Under the pieces are notes generated by a model. It searched no databases and was not told where the DNA came from. It was given only the letters and a program-made list of their open reading frames with translations. The position numbers were made by a program, and so were the translations under genes. Positions 27,123 through 34,982 of a stretch of 34,982 nt of DNA are shown piece by piece. The stretch lies in IMG/VR virus record IMGVR_UViG_3300001528_000074. One strand, 5' to 3'. The DNA is from an uncultured virus (IMG/VR IMGVR_UViG_3300001528_000074). Taxonomy: Duplodnaviria; Heunggongvirae; Uroviricota; Caudoviricetes. The first letter of the stretch is position 1. Every line of letters starts with the position of its first letter.

Positions 27123-30100
27123 ATGGTAGACTTTAATAAAAGAATTAAAAATTCTGACAAATTCAGATAGTCAGCAATCTTTTATCAAAAGCATGGTTGC
27201 TACACTCTTGCTCCGAGAGGCACTACCGATTATATATAGTTTTGGGAGCAAGAGACGAATAGATGCTTAAATGGTTATGTAGCACCTGATGGTGATGAAA
27301 TAACTGGTTATCATTATTTCTACTTAAACTATAGTCCTATTATGAAATTGGATGAAGTAGAGTATACTGATAAACATGGTAATAAGAGAAAGCGAAGAGA
27401 GCGTATATTAGGTTTTCCTAGGTTCTACGATTATGATTACTATTACTTTAATGCAATAGAAGAAGCAGAGACTCAAGGAAAACATATGGCTGTATTAAAA
27501 GCTAGACAGAAAGGATATTCGTTTAAAGGAGCTTCAATGCTTGTACGTAATTACGAGCTTATACCAGGATCTAAAAGTTTTGCTGTTGCATCTGAGCAGA
27601 AGTATCTAATAGGCGATGGTCTTCTTACTAAAGCTTGGTAGATAATGGATTTCATAGATCAGAATACAGAATGGTCCAAGTAGAGACTTACTAGTACTCG
27701 TATGGAAAGAGTATCTGGTTTTAAGGTTACTGACGAGTTTGGTAAGCAGACAGAAGACGGTTACTTATCTAGTATTACAGGTATTACTCTTAAGAATGAT
27801 CCAGAACGATTGAGAGGTACTCGTGGTAAATTAGTACTGTTTGAAGAAGGTGGTAAGTTTCCTAATCTAGAAACAGCATGGCGTGTAGAACAGCCTGCTG
27901 TAGAAACAGATGATGGTGTAGCATTCGGACTTCTTATTGCATTTGGCACAGGTGGTACAGTTGGTGGTTCGTTCGACGGTCTAAAGAACCTATTTTATCA
28001 GCCAGATGCTTTTAATGTACTAAGTTTTCCTAACATATGGGACGATAATGCAGGAGAGTTGAAATGTGGTTTCTTTGTACCTTCTTGGGCTAATATGGAA
28101 TCATTAGACGAGAACGGTAAACAAAGATTTATGGATGAAGACGGCAACTCTTACAGAGAGAAAGCTTTAGAAGAATTGATACATTAGCGTAATGTTATTA
28201 AAAATGGTGGCGCATCACAGACTTCTATAGATAGATTTGTATCAGAGAGACCGTTAAAACCTTAGGAAGCTGTACTCGAATTAGGTAAGAATATATTCCC
28301 CAGAAAGCTGTTGATGGATCAACTTACAAGGATTCGTACTAATAAGAAATTATAGAGTATGAAACATATAGTTGATTTAAGTTGGGGACCTAATGGAACT
28401 GTAGAAGCTCGTGAGAAGAAGAGTGGTGATATTACTACGTATCATCTAAGAAAAGATGATAAACCTGAAGGAAGTGTTGTTATATGGGAGTATCCTATGA
28501 GTGATCCTCCATTTGGGTTGTATATAGGTGGATGCTTAATACCTGGGGAAAAGGTGTGTACACAACACGGTTTAGTAAATGTCGAAGATGTTACTCTTAA
28601 TGACAAACTTATTAATAAGGATGGTAAATTTGTAGAGATAAAAAACTTACAAAGATACGAAAAGGAGAATGAGCCTATTTTTGAAATCAAACCCTATGGT
28701 TCTTTTAGAACAACAACATTTACAGGAGAACATCCTATATGGGTACACGATAAAGGTTTTGTAAAAGCGAAAGATTTAAAGGAAGGTGACTGTTTGGAGA
28801 TTCCGAATTTGTATCGAAATCTTGATATGAAATTTGACGACGAACGATCATTGAAACTTTATTATTTTTACGGTCTTTGGGTCGGAGACGGATTTTGTAA
28901 CAAAAACGGAAAGTCTTGTGACATATACCTTTCTATAGGAAAAGACGAAGAAGAATTTGCATAGTTTTATGATAATTTAGTGGCAGATCTGTTCGATAGA
29001 AAATGTATACATGTACGCAAAGAGAATGAATAGACAAGACGCTTTACAAATAAAAAACTGTTTAAAGAATTACAATCCACATTTGGGAAAAATGCATACA
29101 CTAAAAGAATTCCTGAGTTTATAAAAAAAGCCCCTTATAATTATAAAAGAGCTTTTTTACAAGGATATCTAGATACTGATGGGTCTGTATTTAAAGATAA
29201 CAGTAAGATTCGTACAAATTTTACGAGTGTAAACCTTGAACTTCTTGAAGATATACAAGACATGTTATTTGGTATGAATATTGCAAATAACATTGTCATA
29301 CATCAAAAAGAATGTACGAACAAACAAGGTATTCATTCCAAGCAGTCATATAGAATAAACGTAAGTAGATCAGACCAACACTAGTTGAAATTCGCTCCGA
29401 TATTTAAAAGTAGAAAGATAAAACTTTTAGAACAGTCGTCGATCACATCTACTTCTAGAATGGGTATTACTTTTAACAACGACCGAATTCTATTAAAAGT
29501 AGAATCCATAAACAAATCTTCTTATACAGGAGTTGTGTATAATTTTGAATGTGATACACATACATATATGTGTAGAAATATACTTACACATAATTGTGAC
29601 CCGTTAAATGTCGGCGGGGTATAATCGGGTAAAAACGGTAAACATCTAGAACAGACAATACCGTGCTAATCTTACAGATTGCGAAAGGCTGTAAGACAGT
29701 GTAACGCATAGGAGGTGAATAAATATAATCCTCCCACGAGTGCCTGACTACCAATCAAGGAGATAATATATGCTGAACTACATAGGGATATGTAGAAGTT
29801 AAGATAAAAAGCTTAGCGATAACACAATTGACGACCATGATGAATCGTTCACTAACTCATTGGGATCTACATTTATATTTAAGCGTGTCAGAGCTGGAGA
29901 AGCTTGGCAAGATGTAATTGTAGCAGAGTATACAGGAAGACCTGCTACAGCTGAAGAGTATTATGAGAATGTAAGAAAACTATTGTTGTTCTACAACGCT
30001 AGATTACTCTTCGAGAATGAGCGTAAAGGAATTTACCCTTATTTCACTAATAAACACTGTGACTATCTGTTGGCGGACCAACCAGATAAGATCATATCGG

Positions 30101-30471
30101 AAGTGTTTAAAGATAGTAAAGTGCAGCGTAGAAAAGGCTGTCACATGACTAAACAAATACGTGCTTACGGGGAAGGTTTGATACTCGAATATTTAATGGA
30201 AGAGTATGAACCAGGACATCTTAATCTAGAACGAATCTATAGTGAACCACTTATAGAAGAGTTAATAGAGAACGATGGTGTAAGAAACGTAGATAGAGTC
30301 ATTGCCTTATGTATGGTAATGATATATAGAGAAGAGCTGTACTAGGTTAAAGTATCTGCTTCTAAAGAAAGTAATAAATAGGCTGAACTCTTTGACATGC
30401 CGTTGTTTGGTAATGATTACTGGAATGACGAGCCTTAGTCGGACGAAACTATGCCTACATTTTCATTTTGA
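27123..30471 (+). CDS. terL: terminase large subunit (TAG-recoded; contains an intein and a group I intron)
   Basis: ATG 27123, Walker A-like KARQKGYS, Walker B LVLFEEGG; nuclease motif GGCDPYDHD is reconstituted after removing the intein and intron; 13 in-frame TAGs; TGA stop at 30471. Confidence 0.9.
28533..29594 (+). mobile_element. intein with LAGLIDADG homing endonuclease (354 aa)
   Basis: Begins CLIPGEKV, block B TGEHPI, LAGLIDADG-like YGLWVGDG and LQGYLDTDGS, ends VYNFEC...ILTHN followed by Cys. Confidence 0.92.
29605..29830 (+). mobile_element. ORF-less group I intron (226 nt)
   Basis: Splits Tyr codon T|AC; P1 CCCGT/GCGGG with a U:G pair at the splice site; P3 TCGGGTA/TGCCTGA; P7 GCATA/TATGC; terminal G; removal restores the frame. 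Confidence 0.88.
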
Positions 30472-30473
30472 TT

Positions 30474-32954
30474 ATGGTAGAAGATAATTTATACAATTCA
30501 CGGTTTCCGCAACAAAAGTTACCTCTCTCAAAGAAAACCGAGAAGTGGCAACATGATTGCGTAAACTATATTATAGGCGAAGGTAATATTGTCTCAGGGG
30601 GCTAGACTCATACTAAGTTTGGAGAGTTGTAGACCTATTATAACTTATACAATAGTATCTTTGACGAAAAAGACTTTAAGAAGATTACTAATCCTTTTAA
30701 AGTTAAAGATGGATTTCCTGCTACTCCTTAGGACTTCAATATCATAAGACCTAAGATAGACATACTTATAGGTGAAGAGACTAAGAGGCCTCTTAATTTT
30801 AGAGTAGTAAGAACATCACAAGAAGCTGTATCAGACCTACAGAATACACAGAAAGATCTTTTGATTAATTATATGTATTCTGCAATGATGGCCAAACTCG
30901 GCCCTGAAGAAGCTGAACAGTTTCAGCAAGGACTACAGGATGGTTCTATAATGCCTCCTGAGGATATAGCTAAGTATATGGATAAAGAGTATAAGGATGT
31001 AGTGGAGAATACTGCATATCATACTCTTGTATACTTGAGAGAGAAACTTAAGATGGATAATGAGTTCATAAAAGGTTGGAAGGATGCTCTTATAGCAGGT
31101 CAGGAGATCTACTATGTAGGTGTACTTAACGCAGAACCTTATATGGAACGTGTTAATCCATTATACTTCTCATTTGATAAAAGTCCAGATCTTGAGTTTA
31201 TAGAAGATGGTTCTTGGTGTTGTCGTAGAATGAGACTTCCTATTACAGAAGTATATGATAGATACTATGACAAACTCACAGAGAAAGACCTTAAGAAACT
31301 TGAAGAGATGATGAATGCTGTACCATCTAATAATCTCGGAGAACATAATCCTGTAGATGATTTTAGAGGTATATAGCTTCATATATATGACAATCCCATA
31401 TTTGACGAAAAGAGTCAACACTGTGTTAATGTATGGCATTGTTGTTGGAAATCATTCAAGAAGATCTACTATGTAACTACACAAGACGAACAAGGCCAGT
31501 TACAAACAGATATAGTAGATGAAACATTCCAACCATTTGGAGATGAAGTATCTATTGAACAAGATTGGATAATAGAAGTATGGGAAGGTTATAGATGTGG
31601 TAATGATCTATATTTTGGTATACAACCAGTAGAGTACCAACATGTATCTATAGATAATCCTAACTCACAGAAACTTCCTTATTGTGGTGCTGTGTATAGT
31701 AATACAAATAGTAAACCTAGAAGTCTTGTAAGTATTCTTAAACCATTACAATATATGTATATTGTATTGTGGTATAGACTAGAGCTTGCAATTGCACGAG
31801 ACAAAGGTAAGGTGGTTAATATGGATATCACACAAATACCTAAGTCTATGGGCATTACTCCTGAGAGATGGATGCATTACTTGTCTTCAGTAGGTGTCAA
31901 CTTCATAAACCCGTATGATCAGAGTTGGGATATACCTGGTAGAGAAGGTGGTAAACCTGCACAGTTCAATCAGATTACATCACTCGATCTTACAATGTCT
32001 AACGTAATAGCTGAGTACATACAGTTAATGGATAAGATAGAACAATTAGCTGGTACTATATCAGGTATTACATCACAGCGTGAAGGTCAAGTATCTACAT
32101 CAGAAATGGTAGGTAATGTAGAGAGATCTGTTGTGCAATCTTCACATATTACAGAACCTTTATTCTGGGTACACAATCAGTGTAAGAGAAGAGTGATGAA
32201 TATGCTTCTTAACACAGCTAAAGGTGCTTGGGAGGAGACTGGTAAACAGAAGTTATCTTACGTATTTGATAATGGGGAGCGTGCTTTCTTAGATATAGAT
32301 AAGAAGTTCTACTTTGAAGATATGGATGTATTTGTAAGTGATGCTTCTAAAGATATGGAGAACATACAGAAACTGCAACAGCTTATACAACCAGCTATGC
32401 AGAATGGCGCATCTCTATTAGAAGCTGCTGAGATACTTACAAATGATAACTTTAATATCCTTAAACAGAAACTTAAGGACATGCAGACCAGACAAGAGCA
32501 ATTACAGCAGCAGCAACAACAGGCTGAAGCTCAGAATCAGCAACAGTTACAGCAAATGCAGAATGAGGCTAAACAGCAAGAGCTTATGCTTAAAGAAGCT
32601 GAGATGGATCTTGAGAGATATAAAATAGATCAAGATAACGCTACAAGAATAGCAGTTGCTGAGATTAGTGCTTATAGAGGTACTGAAGAGAAAGATGCTG
32701 ATAATAACGGTATACCAGATCCTATAGAAATAGGTAAGCAAGCTATTGAACAACAGAAGATAGATCGTGAAACTTACACTAAGAGATACGAAGCTAAACA
32801 AAAAGCTGAGATAGAGAATCAGAAGATTCAACTCGAACGTGAGAAGATGAAACATGAATCTGCATTACAGAAACAAAAGGATGATGCTGCTTATAAGCGT
32901 GAAGAACTTAAAGCTAAAACAGCGTTGAAGAATAAAGTAGTAGGAGAAAAATAA
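30474..32954 (+). CDS. portal protein (826 aa with TAG readthrough)
   Basis: Single frame from ATG 30474 with TAG at 30603, 30630, 30729 and 31374; follows TerL; FNIIRPKIDILIGEE motif and Q-rich coiled-coil C-terminus typical of crAss-like portals. Confidence 0.85.
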
Positions 32955-33840
32955 TGATACTTTCATATAGACCACAAGATATGGTACAAGATGGACGTCG
33001 TAGTTATATTAGACGTGAGGACGGTTCTTTGTACAGACTGTCAAAGAAAGAAATGAAGAGAATGGCTGCACAACAAGCAGCTCAGCAACAGGCACTTGAA
33101 GAAGAATACGAAGGAATAGCTTCTCAATATAATCAAACTAATCTCGGTGCTGCAGAATACGGCATCAAAACTGGTCGTATTGCCCCCCCCCCAATGTTCC
33201 GGTAGAAGTTGCAGCAGGTATGTCACAATACGACGATCCATATTTAAGAGTGTAGGATCAGATACAACGAAATTATAATGCACAGTCTTATTACAATGAT
33301 CGCCTGAGCGAAAATCCGTACCAAGATTCATATTTGGACGGTTATGATTATAGTGATTTACACAACGTATTAAACAATGTGAATGCACAAGGTTTTGTAG
33401 ACACAAATAATCAACCTCGTGCTGTATATGCGAGAAGTGTTCAAATTAGAAAACCTAAAGGAACTACTAACATAACTGTTGCCAGAACACCTGCGACATC
33501 TCAAACATCGCAGCAGTATACAAATAATAGCCGACAAACAAGGTATCGTCCGGATCTATATTATTCTCCGCTATTATATCGTGATGCAAATCATGCTCTG
33601 CCAAGATACTTAGTAGAAAATAATATTAAAGGTATGGCAAACTATGTTCGTATTAATTCAATTTATGGAAACACAAAAGCTCCTGATAGAGGATGGATTA
33701 TGAAGAAAGACGGTACGATGTATAATAGATTTCATCCAAAACGTGATAGTTCAGATAAACGTAGAAAGATGAGCGAAAGAACCGCTAGTAGAGAGAGAGA
33801 TGGCGTGCTGCTTAGACTGCTAAAAAAATTAATTCATTAA
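32954..33840 (+). CDS. hypothetical protein interrupted by a frameshift in a C10 tract
   Basis: One extra C at 33183-33192 joins ORF 32954 to ORF 33334-33840 through an open frame containing one TAG. Confidence 0.55.
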
Positions 33841-33841
33841 A

Positions 33842-34612
33842 ATGGTAAAGAAATTAACATAGTCTGTTCGTTCTAGAGTACATAACCACATAGCTAAATG
33901 GGAGGGCTCGGACTTTGCAGGTTAGAACAAGAAATTTAGAGGAGATGCTGTTGGTGCTAAACGTAAAGAGCTTGTAAAAAGTTATCCACGTGTAACAGAA
34001 TTACCTCAAGAAGAACAAGATGCCATATTGTCTACATATTACAATATGAGTCCTACAGGTTTTGATAAGAACTTCGGTAACGCTATGCAGAACCACTTAA
34101 ATAATAGAACTCTAGGTTCTTTTGATAAGTTGTATAATAAACTAGCCAACCGTCATACACTTGCTCCTAAAGAGTACAGAAAAGGTATTAAACGTAGAGC
34201 AGCTGCTGATGTAGAATTAGCACAGCCTGCTAGAGGTAGATATATAGATGTTAATAAAGCTCCTATAGAGAAGGATATATACTATCGAAAATGGCGTAGT
34301 TCACTACCAAAGAACTTACAACAAGAAACTCCTACGTACAATTTAAGAGGTGCTTATGAAGCTGGTGTGCAACCAGAGTTGTCAGATGACGGCTTTTATC
34401 ATCTACCTACTAGAAATCCTGAAACAGGCGAGTATTTTAAATCTGCTGTACATCCTACGGTATTGAAAGGTTTGATGGAGGATATGAAACTTGGCTATAC
34501 TCCTACTATGATAAATGGTCACCTAGGTACAGAAAAGGATCCTTTTATAGAAAAGTTTGAAAGATAGATTAATATGCCTAAGTTTAGGTTCGGTAAGATG
34601 TGTAGAATATGA
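33842..34612 (+). CDS. protein with a divergent GH24 lysozyme-like N-terminal domain (256 aa with TAG readthrough)
   Basis: ATG 33842, three in-frame TAGs, TGA stop; IAKWEG, LPQEEQDAILSTYYN, KGIKRR resemble phage lysozyme motifs. Confidence 0.55.
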
Positions 34613-34713
34613 ACAGAGATACTAAAAATGAAGAAAAGTCTTCTGATTATATTACTGTAGGTAGTTACAGGATGTATAAGTCAGAATGGTTACTCCTACA
34701 TACTAAACATTAA

Positions 34714-34748
34714 GATTACAGGAGGTTCGACTCCTCCTGTGGTTACTA
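34714..34748 (+). ncRNA. 12-bp T-loop minihelix (tRNA mimic)
   Basis: GATTACAGGAGG-TTCGACT-CCTCCTGTGGTT-A-CTA. Confidence 0.5.
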
Positions 34749-34773
34749 TTTAATCTAATTATAATATATAATT

Positions 34774-34982
34774 ATGGCAAAGAAAAAGAGCAATCTATCA
34801 GCATTTGAGTCATTGCTTGGAGACATGGGTTATGGTAACACTATGTCACAGCCTGAAACTACCGATGTTTCAGATATACTCGATAATGATGATATTGAAA
34901 ACTTAGATGAAACAAATGACACCGGTGATAATACCGAGGATGTGAATAACAACAATTTAGATGACGTTGATAACAACAATGT
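34774..34982 (+). CDS. acidic protein, partial (possible capsid scaffold-like)
   Basis: MAKKKSNLSAFESLLGD... D/N/E-rich and open to the window end; function inferred from position downstream of the portal. Confidence 0.6.
   Translation, partial: MAKKKSNLSAFESLLGDMGYGNTMSQPETTDVSDILDNDDIENLDETNDTGDNTEDVNNNNLDDVDNNN

Noticed and set aside
27123..32954. Fragmented terminase and portal ORFs as pseudogenes
   Set aside because: All breaks are in-frame TAGs or a spliceable intron, consistent with recoding
1..34982. CRISPR array, integrase or IS element; numerous short antisense ORFs in the track
   Set aside because: No regularly spaced repeat-spacer array or recombinase/transposase motifs seen; the antisense ORFs shadow longer credible genes

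Overview
Fragment of a crAss-like (Crassvirales-type) Bacteroidetes phage genome with two divergent arms that meet at an AT-rich switch region (~18420-18720). The leftward arm (minus strand, 1-18420) carries the 5' part of a family-B DNA polymerase, an ECF sigma factor, ThyX, a DUF3310 protein, and many small hypothetical, exported or lipoproteins. It also has a rich RNA inventory: a circularly permuted (two-piece) tmRNA, a tRNA-Thr, a twister ribozyme, a tRNA-mimic minihelix and a ~2 kb ORF-poor, hairpin-dense region. The rightward arm carries GroES-like and HU/IHF-like genes, two aberrant tRNA-like RNAs, an amber-suppressor tRNA(CUA) split in its anticodon by a group I intron encoding an HNH endonuclease, and dUTPase. 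These are followed by late genes (tail fibre-like protein, terminase large subunit with an intein and a group I intron, portal, lysozyme-like protein) that read through in-frame TAG codons, most likely as Gln. Three ECF-type promoter motifs (GRAACC-N16/17-CGTTA) lie in or near the switch region. All calls come from manual reading of the sequence; no searches or folding programs were run.
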